Below are positions 41,132-49,107 of a stretch of DNA of 64,000 nt, piece after piece. The DNA is from Flavobacteriaceae bacterium (GTDB lineage: Bacteria; Bacteroidota; Bacteroidia; Flavobacteriales; Flavobacteriaceae), in NCBI GenBank assembly GCA_022428005.1, contig JAKMDI010000013.1, forward strand, positions 547 through 64,546, given 5' to 3'. The notes under the pieces are model-generated. The model had not been told where the DNA came from. It ran no database searches and saw only the letters and a list, made by a program, of their open reading frames with translations. The position numbers were made by a program, and so were the translations under genes. The stretch's first letter is position 1. The number at the start of each line of letters is the position of its first letter.

Positions 41132-41737
41132 ATGGCAAAAAACTCCTCCCCTGGGCTGCGCTGGCAGCGCGATTTACCCGACGCCACAGTGCGGTATTTT
41201 CAGGATTTTTTACCCCAAAAAGAAGCCGGTCAATTGTACACCACCCTCCTCAGGGAAATCCCCTGGCGCCAGGACGATGTCAAGGTTTTCGGAAAGGTCT
41301 ATGCCCAACCGCGCCTCACTTCTCTTCACAGCAATTCCCTCAGCACCTACACCTACTCGGGCCTCACCCTGCACCCCCACCCCATGACGCCAGCGCTCTT
41401 GGATTTAATGGAAAAAATGCGCCAGGTCTGTGACCATCCGTTTAACTGTGTGTTGCTGAACCTCTACCGCGACGGGGCCGACAGCAATGGCTGGCACGCT
41501 GACAATGAAAAAGAGCTGGGAAAACACCCACAAATCGCGTCCTTTAGCTTGGGTGCTGAGCGGGTTTTTCACTTTAAACACCGACGACACAAAGATCAAA
41601 GACACAAAATGGAACTCCACCACGGCAGCCTGTTACTGATGGAAGGGGCCATGCAGGAACACTGGCTCCATCAGATTCCCAAAACCAAAAAAGTAAGCGA
41701 CCCCAGGATCAACTTGACCTTTAGGCACATTATTTAA
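41132..41737 (+). CDS. alkB: Fe(II)/2-oxoglutarate-dependent DNA/RNA dioxygenase AlkB
   Basis: NLYRDGADSNGWHADNE (HxD), LHHGSLLLM, and an RINLTFR arginine motif. ATG at 41132. Confidence 0.88.
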   Translation: MAKNSSPGLRWQRDLPDATVRYFQDFLPQKEAGQLYTTLLREIPWRQDDVKVFGKVYAQPRLTSLHSNSLSTYTYSGLTLHPHPMTPALLDLMEKMRQVCDHPFNCVLLNLYRDGADSNGWHADNEKELGKHPQIASFSLGAERVFHFKHRRHKDQRHKMELHHGSLLLMEGAMQEHWLHQIPKTKKVSDPRINLTFRHII

Positions 41738-42518
41738 AAATCGTATTGAGGGTGGCTGCGAGGCGCAAGCCCGCTTTTTGTAACTGCTGGTAAACCAGGG
41801 GTAAATTTTCTTTTTGATAGACTGAGCTCAGATTACTATTGGGTAGAGCATTATCATAAACCTCATAGGCCAAGGGTGTTGAAAAAACGGCCAAAGCGTG
41901 GGTCTCAGCCACCCATTGCGCCAAAGTTTGGGATGCAATATCCCTGACTTGTACTCCAGTCGGGATGGGGAGCTGGTCCATAAGGGTATTAAAATCCTGA
42001 TAATCTTCCAACAACTGGGTATCCCACAATCGGTGTAAATTGGTAGACTTCCCCCGCCAGCGCAAGCGAATGCCATTTCCTCCGCGGTCCTCTTTCCTGC
42101 CCACATGCAAGGGTTGGTGGACATCTCCCACAAAATGCACCAGTAGTTTGAGAAAAAAAGTACGATCCTCTTTAGCGACCTTATCGTCTTTTAGCTTTTT
42201 GATGCAGTGCTCAATGGCCATCACCACATCCCCCTTGGGGTTTTTTTCCGCCTCGGCATAGGCAGTTCCAAAGGGAATATTCACATAGTGCCATGGAGAA
42301 TAGGACTTGTATCGAGGGTCTGATTTAATCTGGTCTGCAAAAACCGCTACACTTTCCAAGGAAGCCCCGTCCAACAACTGCGCTACGGCCTGCTGGGCTT
42401 TGGGGGTGAGGTGTTGCGATGCAATGGCGCCAACCACCTGATGCCCCTTAAAACCCCAGTCCAAAGGCATTAACATTAATAAATATAGTAAGCCCAAAAA
42501 AGAAGAAATAGCTGTCAT
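41730..42518 (-). CDS. secreted S1/P1-family nuclease
   Basis: Mature N-terminal WGFKGHQVV, HYVNIP, HFVGDVHQPLH, NLHRLWD. Confidence 0.88.
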   Translation of the reverse strand: MTAISSFLGLLYLLMLMPLDWGFKGHQVVGAIASQHLTPKAQQAVAQLLDGASLESVAVFADQIKSDPRYKSYSPWHYVNIPFGTAYAEAEKNPKGDVVMAIEHCIKKLKDDKVAKEDRTFFLKLLVHFVGDVHQPLHVGRKEDRGGNGIRLRWRGKSTNLHRLWDTQLLEDYQDFNTLMDQLPIPTGVQVRDIASQTLAQWVAETHALAVFSTPLAYEVYDNALPNSNLSSVYQKENLPLVYQQLQKAGLRLAATLNTIFK

Positions 42519-42648
42519 TGGATAACAAAATTAGAAAAATACGGTTCTTGTTGTACACCATCGGGATGATAGGCCTTCACTTGGGCATCATATAAAGTAT
42601 TTTTCTAAAAAGGCAAATTGGACTACCTTTATAAAAATTAAAAACCAA

Positions 42649-43395
42649 ATGCTTAGCAATAAATATTTTTGGGCCTTGCTGATCCTTTTTACGGTCCTTA
42701 TGGGCTGTGATCAAGCATCAAAATCCTCAGACAACACCATGCAGTTGAGTGGATCGATCGATGGACTGCGAAAAGGAACGGTCTATCTGCAAAAAATGCA
42801 AGACTCCACCTTGGTGAGCATTGACTCGGTGGTGGTGAATGGAAGTCCAAAATTTGCTTTTAAAACCGAGGTAGAAAGCCCAGAAATCTACTACCTCTAT
42901 CTCAATAAAGAAGATGGCGACAGTCTCAACGATCGGATATTGTTTTTTGGAGAACCCGGCCAAATCACCATCAACACCTTGCTCAAGACATTTGAGAGCA
43001 GTGCTGAAGTAATCGGTTCAAAAAACCAGGTCCTTTTGCAGGAATACCGCAAACTGGCCCGACAGTTCGATTCGAAAAACTTGGACTACATCAAGGCCTA
43101 TTTTGAAGCAACAAAAGAAGACAGCAATGGCGCTGCGGTGGATTCGATTCAAAGAGCGATGGACAATCTCATCAAGAGGCGCTATCTCTATGCGCTGAAC
43201 TTTGCCAGCACCCACGGGGACAATGTGATCGCCCCTTTTATCGCCCTTACGGAAGTTTACGATGCAAATGTGAGGTTTTTGGACACGGTGGCATCCAAGC
43301 TGAGTGACCGAGTTAGGGATTCTAAATACGGCAAAGAGTTGATCGATTTTATTGCGGAACGCAAAGCAGCAGCAGCAGCGGCAACCACCCCATAG
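42649..43395 (+). CDS. lipoprotein with DUF4369-like N-terminal domain (no thioredoxin domain)
   Basis: Lipobox LMGCDQ. LSGSIDGLRKGTVYLQK...PEIYYLYL resembles the DUF4369 beta domain. Ends in a poly-Ala tail. Confidence 0.55.
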   Translation: MLSNKYFWALLILFTVLMGCDQASKSSDNTMQLSGSIDGLRKGTVYLQKMQDSTLVSIDSVVVNGSPKFAFKTEVESPEIYYLYLNKEDGDSLNDRILFFGEPGQITINTLLKTFESSAEVIGSKNQVLLQEYRKLARQFDSKNLDYIKAYFEATKEDSNGAAVDSIQRAMDNLIKRRYLYALNFASTHGDNVIAPFIALTEVYDANVRFLDTVASKLSDRVRDSKYGKELIDFIAERKAAAAAATTP

Positions 43396-43396
43396 A

Positions 43397-43666
43397 TCAG
43401 GCGAGTTTGCCCAACTCTTTTTCTAAGCCTACCAATGATTTTTGAAGACTTTCCCGAAGGGGACCAAAAGTGGTTTTGCCTTCTTTTCTTTTTTCTTCGT
43501 GAATTTTTTGAATCAGGTCGTCGAACAAAGCAATGGCCTTATCAACCAACTTTTCACTGGATTTAAGATCGGCTTCGGGGTGACTCAGTTCCCACTCATA
43601 GACCTGCTCAATAAATGCTCCTATGGTATTATTGATTTCTTTTTTGAATAGTTTGATACTGGACAT
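43397..43666 (-). CDS. small helical hypothetical protein (89 aa)
   Basis: Intact ORF with ATG start and a tight fit between neighbouring genes. No family recognised. Confidence 0.45.
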   Translation of the reverse strand: MSSIKLFKKEINNTIGAFIEQVYEWELSHPEADLKSSEKLVDKAIALFDDLIQKIHEEKRKEGKTTFGPLRESLQKSLVGLEKELGKLA

Positions 43667-43678
43667 AATGTTTGTTCT

Positions 43679-44095
43679 TTAAGTTAATGGGCCACTGTAT
43701 TTGACAAAATTTCTTGGTGTTTCGTATAAAACCACTTCCAGTGATTTGTCACTGTCTAAGTGGGGCAACAGTTTGTCGTAGATCACGACGGCAATATTTT
43801 CTGCCGAGGGGATTAAATCCGCAAACTCGGGTACTTGTTCGTTCAGGTTTTTGTGATCAAAGGCATCTTCTACCTCGGCTTTGATCAAGTCTTTGAGTAC
43901 TTTCATGTCCATGACATAGCCGGTGAAGGGGTCTATGGTTCCGGTGACGTTCACGATGAGTTCATAGTTGTGACCGTGGTAGTACGGATTGGCACATTTC
44001 CCAAAAACGGTTTCATTTTTTTTGTCGTCCCACGACTTTACAAACAGCCGGTGGGCTGCGTTAAAATGCGCTTTTCTGCAAACGGTTACCCTCAT
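43679..44095 (-). CDS. queD: 6-carboxytetrahydropterin synthase
   Basis: FNAAHRL, CANPYYHGHNYEL, and a length of about 138 aa. Confidence 0.88.
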   Translation of the reverse strand: MRVTVCRKAHFNAAHRLFVKSWDDKKNETVFGKCANPYYHGHNYELIVNVTGTIDPFTGYVMDMKVLKDLIKAEVEDAFDHKNLNEQVPEFADLIPSAENIAVVIYDKLLPHLDSDKSLEVVLYETPRNFVKYSGPLT

Positions 44096-44625
44096 GCTGT
44101 TTTATTTATCTCTTGTATGTGTTTGTAAAATCGGTCAAAGATAATGGCAAACCAAACGGTGTAGTGGTCGGGGTTTTCGGTCAGATCCTTTTGCAAGGCC
44201 TCCATTTCCATCCATTTAAAATCTGCGACCTCCTCGGGGTTGATTACTGGATCATCGTCGGTGTAACCAACCATTACGTGGTCCAGTTCGTGCTCGGTGA
44301 GGCCATTGTCAAAGGTTGCCTTATAGATAAAAGTAAATAATTCCTCCAGGGGGACAGTCATGCCCATTTCCTCCATCATGCGGCGTGCCCCAGCCTCTCT
44401 ATTGGTTTCCCCAACCCGCTGGTGGCTGCAACAAGTATTGGTCCACAAGCCGGGTGAGTGGTATTTTTCGCGGGCGCGCTGCTGCAGCAGCAGCTCGTTT
44501 TTGGAATTGAGGACAAAAACGGAAAAAGCCCGGTGCAGCTTAGCTTTTTCGTGCGCTTCCATTTTTCCCATGGTACCGATCTGTTGATCTTGAATATCAA
44601 CTAAAACTACTTTTTCTTCTTCCAT
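44092..44625 (-). CDS. idi: isopentenyl-diphosphate delta-isomerase, type 1 (Nudix)
   Basis: LHRAFSVFV, WTNTCCSHQ, and a Nudix-like region. ATG at 44625 preferred over the TTG at 44655. Has a 4-nt overlap with queD. Confidence 0.85.
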   Translation of the reverse strand: MEEEKVVLVDIQDQQIGTMGKMEAHEKAKLHRAFSVFVLNSKNELLLQQRAREKYHSPGLWTNTCCSHQRVGETNREAGARRMMEEMGMTVPLEELFTFIYKATFDNGLTEHELDHVMVGYTDDDPVINPEEVADFKWMEMEALQKDLTENPDHYTVWFAIIFDRFYKHIQEINKTA

Positions 44626-44693
44626 TGGGTCAAAAATACCCAATAAATTAGACAAAACCTATCGGCAAATTTCAGCCGTGCCATTTAATTAAA

Positions 44694-44701
44694 TATTTTT
44701 G
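44694..44701 (+). promoter_or_regulatory. candidate -7 promoter box (TATTTTTG) for prfC
   Basis: TAnnTTTG, 15 nt upstream of the ATG at 44717. Confidence 0.3.
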
Positions 44702-44716
44702 CCCAAATTCATCCCT

Positions 44717-46303
44717 ATGGACTTACGCCAGGAAATTCAAAAAAGGCGCACATTTGGTATTATTTCCCACCCCGATGCGGGAAAGACCACACTGACGGAA
44801 AAACTCCTCCTCTACGGTGGGGCCATTCAAGAAGCGGGGGCCGTAAAATCCAATAAAATCAAAAAAGGCGCCACCAGCGATTTTATGGAAATCGAGCGCC
44901 AAAGGGGAATATCGGTGGCCACCTCCGTGCTGGCATTTAACTACCGTTCCAAGAAAATAAACATTCTGGACACCCCTGGGCACAAAGATTTTGCCGAAGA
45001 TACCTTTAGAACCCTCACCGCTGTGGACAGCGTGATTGTGGTGATTGATGTGGCCAAAGGAGTGGAAGAACAAACCGAAAAACTGGTAGAAGTCTGCCGG
45101 ATGCGAAAAATTCCCATCATTGTTTTTATCAACAAACTGGACCGGGAGGGAAAAGATGCTTTTGACCTACTGGACGAAGTAGAACAAAAACTGGGGTTAA
45201 AAGTAAGTCCCTTGAGTTTTCCCATCGGTATGGGTTATGATTTTAAGGGCATCTACAACCTTTGGGAACAAAATGTCAAAATATTTAAAGGCGAAAACAA
45301 GCAAAAAATTGCAGAGACCATTACCCACAACTCCCTTGCGGACGCGGGCTTGGCTGAGAGTATTGGCGACGCGGCACTGGCCGAGCTCAAAGAATCCTTG
45401 GAGCTTATAGAAGGGGTTTACCCCCCTTTTGACCAGCAGGCCTACTTGGAGGGCAACCTACAGCCTGTTTTTTTTGGTTCGGCGCTGAACAACTTTGGGG
45501 TACAAGAGCTCTTGGATTGTTTTGTCGACATTGCCCCACCGCCGCTGGCCAAGTATAGCGATAAAAGAACAGTAGCACCCGACGAAAGTGCCTTTTCGGG
45601 TTTTGTTTTTAAAATCCACGCCAATATGGATCCCAACCACCGCGACCGACTGGCGTTTATCAAAATAGTCTCTGGGACTTTTAAGCGCAATACCCCCTAC
45701 CTGCATGTGCGCAACAAAAAGAAATTAAAATTCTCCAGCCCCAATGCCTTTTTTGCGGAGAAAAAAGAAGTAGTGGACGTTTCTTTCCCCGGGGACATCA
45801 TTGGGCTGCACGACACCGGGAATTTTAAAATCGGAGATACCCTTAGCTCGGGTGAGGAAATTCACTACAAAGGGATTCCCAGTTTTTCCCCAGAGCATTT
45901 TAGATTTATCAACAATGCCGACCCCATGAAGGCCAAGCAACTCAACAAAGGCATCGACCAGCTGATGGACGAAGGCGTGGCGCAACTGTTTACCCTTAAC
46001 CTCAACGGGCGGAAAGTGATCGGCACCGTGGGGGCACTGCAGTTCGAGGTAATACAGTACCGCTTGGAACACGAGTATTCCGCCAAGTGTACTTTTGAAA
46101 ACCTCAATGTACACAAAGCCTGTTGGGTGAGTACCGAAACAGAGGAAAACGACAACTACCAGGACTTCCTAAAAGTAAAACAGAAGTTTTTGGCACAAGA
46201 CAAACAAGGGCAATTGGTGTTTTTGGCAGATTCCGCTTTTTCCCTGCAAATGACCCAACAAAAATACCCTGAAATCACCTTTCATTTTACCTCTGAGTTC
46301 TAA
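44717..46303 (+). CDS. prfC: peptide chain release factor 3
   Basis: GIISHPDAGKTTLTEKLL, DTPGHKDF, NKLD. 528 aa from the ATG at 44717. Confidence 0.95.
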   Translation: MDLRQEIQKRRTFGIISHPDAGKTTLTEKLLLYGGAIQEAGAVKSNKIKKGATSDFMEIERQRGISVATSVLAFNYRSKKINILDTPGHKDFAEDTFRTLTAVDSVIVVIDVAKGVEEQTEKLVEVCRMRKIPIIVFINKLDREGKDAFDLLDEVEQKLGLKVSPLSFPIGMGYDFKGIYNLWEQNVKIFKGENKQKIAETITHNSLADAGLAESIGDAALAELKESLELIEGVYPPFDQQAYLEGNLQPVFFGSALNNFGVQELLDCFVDIAPPPLAKYSDKRTVAPDESAFSGFVFKIHANMDPNHRDRLAFIKIVSGTFKRNTPYLHVRNKKKLKFSSPNAFFAEKKEVVDVSFPGDIIGLHDTGNFKIGDTLSSGEEIHYKGIPSFSPEHFRFINNADPMKAKQLNKGIDQLMDEGVAQLFTLNLNGRKVIGTVGALQFEVIQYRLEHEYSAKCTFENLNVHKACWVSTETEENDNYQDFLKVKQKFLAQDKQGQLVFLADSAFSLQMTQQKYPEITFHFTSEF

Positions 46304-46362
46304 GCCGATCCCCACTTTTATTTTTTTTATTACATTTACAGTAAGCAGCCCCAATCTGCTCT

Positions 46363-46614
46363 TTGTCCATGAAAAACCTACGGCCTATGCCCGTCTTTGA
46401 CCTTCAACAAGCCATTGAAAATCGAACTTCCGCTGGGTTTACTCTACAGCTGTTGTACCCTAGCTTTGCCACTCATCTGTTAGATAATGGTACCGATATC
46501 CGCTTTATACAGGAACTATTAGGACATAATTCTACTAAAACTACACGAGGGAATACCCATGTTTCACAGCCTATGTTGAAACGGATTGAAAGTCCTATTG
46601 ATCGAATTTTATGA
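46363..46614 (+). pseudogene. C-terminal remnant of a tyrosine recombinase/integrase, catalytically decayed
   Basis: PSFATHLLDNGTDIRFIQELLGHNSTKTT..THVS...SPIDRIL aligns with the integrase C-terminal HxLRHSFATHLL...LLGH...YTHV. The HxLR His/Arg positions read Q and Y, and the nucleophile Tyr reads N. Only about 80 codons remain. Confidence 0.75.
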
Positions 46615-46700
46615 ATAATAACCTGAACTTAATTTTGAACAAAAACTGTCTAAATAATGGGGGAATGATCAGTAGAGTTCATATTTAAATCTACAAAAAA

Positions 46701-47978
46701 TTAATAAGGAAACGAAATAGATATTATCGCACCTTTATGCGACTTAAAATCCATAGCCCCATTTAATTTATTGACCATTGCCCAAATAATTTGATATCCA
46801 ATTCCTGATTGGTTTGAATTCTCTTCTGCAAAATTATCGGGAAAGCCAATTCCATTATCACTCACTTCGAACAAAAAACCACTGGGTTTTTTCTTAAAAA
46901 CGATTGAGATGGATCCCTTTCTTTTATCTACAAAGGCATATTTTGCTGCATTTACCAAAAGTTCATTTAAAATAATCCCCAATGATAAGCCCCTCTCAAA
47001 ATCTATTGAATGATTTTCAATTTTATCATTAACATCTATATTTTGGGCTTCAAATGAAGTGTCAATATGGTTCTTAATTATTTTTTTTAAATAAAATTTT
47101 ATGGCAATATATTCGAATTCTTTTTGAGAATACAATTGCTCGTGCATCAATGAAATGGTTTGAATTCTATCTTGACATTGTGAAAGAATCACTTCAGTAT
47201 CTAAGGTATTTGGATTGCGTTTTTGAATACCCAAAAAACTTGAAATTACTTGTAAATTATTTTTTATTCTGTGATGGATTTCACGCAACAAAACCTCCAA
47301 TTGATCCTTAATCTGAATAATCTCTTGTTGTTGTTTTTTAAGCAGTCTGTTTTTTTGTCGAAACCGAAAGAAAGCAAGTGTCAATATTACCAAAAGCAAA
47401 AAGATTATCAAAAGAATGATTCGAGTTAAAAAGAAATTTTTTCGAATCTGCTCGTTTTCACTATTTAGGTATTCTATCCGTTGATTTTTAAGTTTGTTTT
47501 CATAGGAATTGTTGATTTCCAGGGCTTTTTTTTCAAGTAAATTCGAATACATACTATCTAAATAATCTTTAGAACGTTGAACTTCATAGATGCCTTCTTT
47601 GGCTTTTCCTTCCGCAAATAACTGCCATCCTAAATTACCGTATGCCCCATCCAACTTTCCATACTTATCCTTTATATCACTTTTTTCAACCAGATCAATA
47701 TATTTTCTTAAATAAAACCTAGCACTATCCAAATGAATTGATTTAACATGGAAAAAACCTGATTTTCGGTAACAGTACGATATATTAATCAAGCAAAACA
47801 AATAATTCTCAATACCTTTTGTTTCAGATAATTCATACGACTTTATAGCCCGTTTAAAATACTTGATGGACTTTTCATAGTCAGTATTGGCATAATCTAC
47901 ACGTCTAATTTCAGCCATTCCTAAGTTGATATACAAATCTGTCTTATAAAAATCAAACCAACAGTTCTGTGGATTCAA
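46701..47978 (-). CDS. sensor histidine kinase, HisKA_2-type (TPR region, one TM, kinase core); probably the 3' part of a split gene
   Basis: TM FFLTRIILLIIFLLLVILTLAFF, H-box LREIHHRIKNNLQVISSFL, HATPase region NELLVNAAKYAF...DNGIGFP. The called start is a TTG. Confidence 0.8.
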   Translation of the reverse strand: MNPQNCWFDFYKTDLYINLGMAEIRRVDYANTDYEKSIKYFKRAIKSYELSETKGIENYLFCLINISYCYRKSGFFHVKSIHLDSARFYLRKYIDLVEKSDIKDKYGKLDGAYGNLGWQLFAEGKAKEGIYEVQRSKDYLDSMYSNLLEKKALEINNSYENKLKNQRIEYLNSENEQIRKNFFLTRIILLIIFLLLVILTLAFFRFRQKNRLLKKQQQEIIQIKDQLEVLLREIHHRIKNNLQVISSFLGIQKRNPNTLDTEVILSQCQDRIQTISLMHEQLYSQKEFEYIAIKFYLKKIIKNHIDTSFEAQNIDVNDKIENHSIDFERGLSLGIILNELLVNAAKYAFVDKRKGSISIVFKKKPSGFLFEVSDNGIGFPDNFAEENSNQSGIGYQIIWAMVNKLNGAMDFKSHKGAIISISFPY

Positions 47979-48499
47979 TTGAGGTAATGTTTTTTTTGCA
48001 GCATATAAGTGGACAAAAGCACTATCAATTTGATCTTTAAAGATGTATTTAAACCATCATCTACTTCACTCCTGAATCGTTTAAAATCAGTATTCGCAAA
48101 TTGTTTAGCTCTTTTAAAATGGCTATCAGCATTAATCCAATCACTGAGAAAAAGTAGTGTCTTTCCCAGTAAGGTATGGGTTTCAAAAAGCCCGTTTGAA
48201 TCGTTAATTTTCAAAAACAGCTCTTGGGATTTTGAAGCATATTTTGTGATTGAATCTAGTGGTTGCTCGGAAGAATGATAATAACCTAGAGCTTTCCAAT
48301 AATGGAGGTAGGCTTTTGTCTTAAGTTCACCCTCCTCATCTACATATTGAAATAAGCTGTCTGCCACTAGATGAATTTTGACATCATCTGTTTTAATTTG
48401 ATCGCAGATTTTTTGTTCAGCTAAAGTTAAGAAATCAGCTTGAGCCTCTAATTTAAAAAGCACTCCAAAAACAAATACGATAAAAACAAACGGTTTCAT
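47975..48499 (-). CDS. signal peptide + TPR-like repeats; probably the 5' part of the same sensor kinase gene
   Basis: Signal peptide MKPFVFIVFVFGVLFKLEAQ followed by TPR-like helices. The downstream frame is open back to 48056. Confidence 0.6.
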   Translation of the reverse strand: MKPFVFIVFVFGVLFKLEAQADFLTLAEQKICDQIKTDDVKIHLVADSLFQYVDEEGELKTKAYLHYWKALGYYHSSEQPLDSITKYASKSQELFLKINDSNGLFETHTLLGKTLLFLSDWINADSHFKRAKQFANTDFKRFRSEVDDGLNTSLKIKLIVLLSTYMLQKKHYLN

Positions 48500-48753
48500 A
48501 ATACGAATTTGAGGTCTAAATTTGGTATAAATTTACTCCTTATGGGTGAAATTTGCCATAAAATCAATAACAGCAATCCATTTTTTATTTAAGCATATTT
48601 TTAATAACTCGACCAAACTTAAGCAACCGCCCAACCTAAGCGACCCTAAATGAAGTCTCCTGAGTCCATGAAAATTTGGATGGAAAACAAAAGAAGGGCT
48701 TTTGATGCTTTGTAATTTGGCATCAGGTTGAGGTCTCCCCAACACTCACCCAT

Positions 48754-48780
48754 AAAAAAACCCCCAACTTTCGTTGAGGG
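48754..48780 (-). terminator. intrinsic terminator of the rpoBC-DUF3467 operon
   Basis: On the minus strand, CCCTCAAC GAAA GTTGGGGG (8 bp, one G-U pair) followed by TTTTTTT, 9 nt after the DUF3467 stop. Confidence 0.75.
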
Positions 48781-48788
48781 TGTTGATG

Positions 48789-49103
48789 TTAAGCTTCTCC
48801 CGTAGGACCAAAATTTAATGGAATGGGAGGCTGCTCTTGGGTATTGATTTCTCCATGGCTGTCCTCATAGCGGCGGATGTTGTCCCCCAGCGCACTGTAA
48901 AAACGTTTGGCGTGCTCGGGCGTCAATATGATCCTGGACTTTACTTTGGCTTTTGGTGTTCCTGGCATAATGGCCACAAAATCCACGACAAACTCCGAAG
49001 GAGAGTGGTTGATGATGGCCAAGTTGCAATACTGGCCTTCAGCCACAGCTTCATCCAATTCAATATTGATTTTTTGTTCCTTTTGCGCTTTGGGATTGCT
49101 CAT
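48789..49103 (-). CDS. DUF3467 domain protein
   Basis: YCNLAIINHSPSEFVVDFVAIMPG...ILTPEHAKRF. Sits in the usual Bacteroidota position directly after rpoC. ATG at 49103 avoids overlap with rpoC. Confidence 0.8.
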   Translation of the reverse strand: MSNPKAQKEQKINIELDEAVAEGQYCNLAIINHSPSEFVVDFVAIMPGTPKAKVKSRIILTPEHAKRFYSALGDNIRRYEDSHGEINTQEQPPIPLNFGPTGEA

Positions 49104-49107
49104 GGGT

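Noticed and set aside
43366-43383. (GCA)4-GCG-GCA trinucleotide run giving a poly-Ala tail on the DUF4369-like lipoprotein, and the apparent lack of a thioredoxin domain
   Set aside because: The repeat is too short to be a meaningful microsatellite. Stand-alone DUF4369 proteins of about 250 aa exist, so truncation is not demonstrated.
46300-46313. Possible att-like direct repeat: CTAAGCCGATCCCC at the prfC stop versus CTAAGCGACCC at 48636-48646, flanking the AT-rich islet
   Set aside because: It is only an 11-13 nt imperfect match that needs two indels, found by eye in AT-poor patches. A chance match cannot be excluded, and the boundaries do not line up with a tRNA or other classic att site.
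48533-48745. 70-aa minus-strand ORF in the gene-free stretch upstream of the TPR ORF
   Set aside because: It has no recognisable domain and no convincing start context, and it runs through the short repeats. I treat the region as non-coding.
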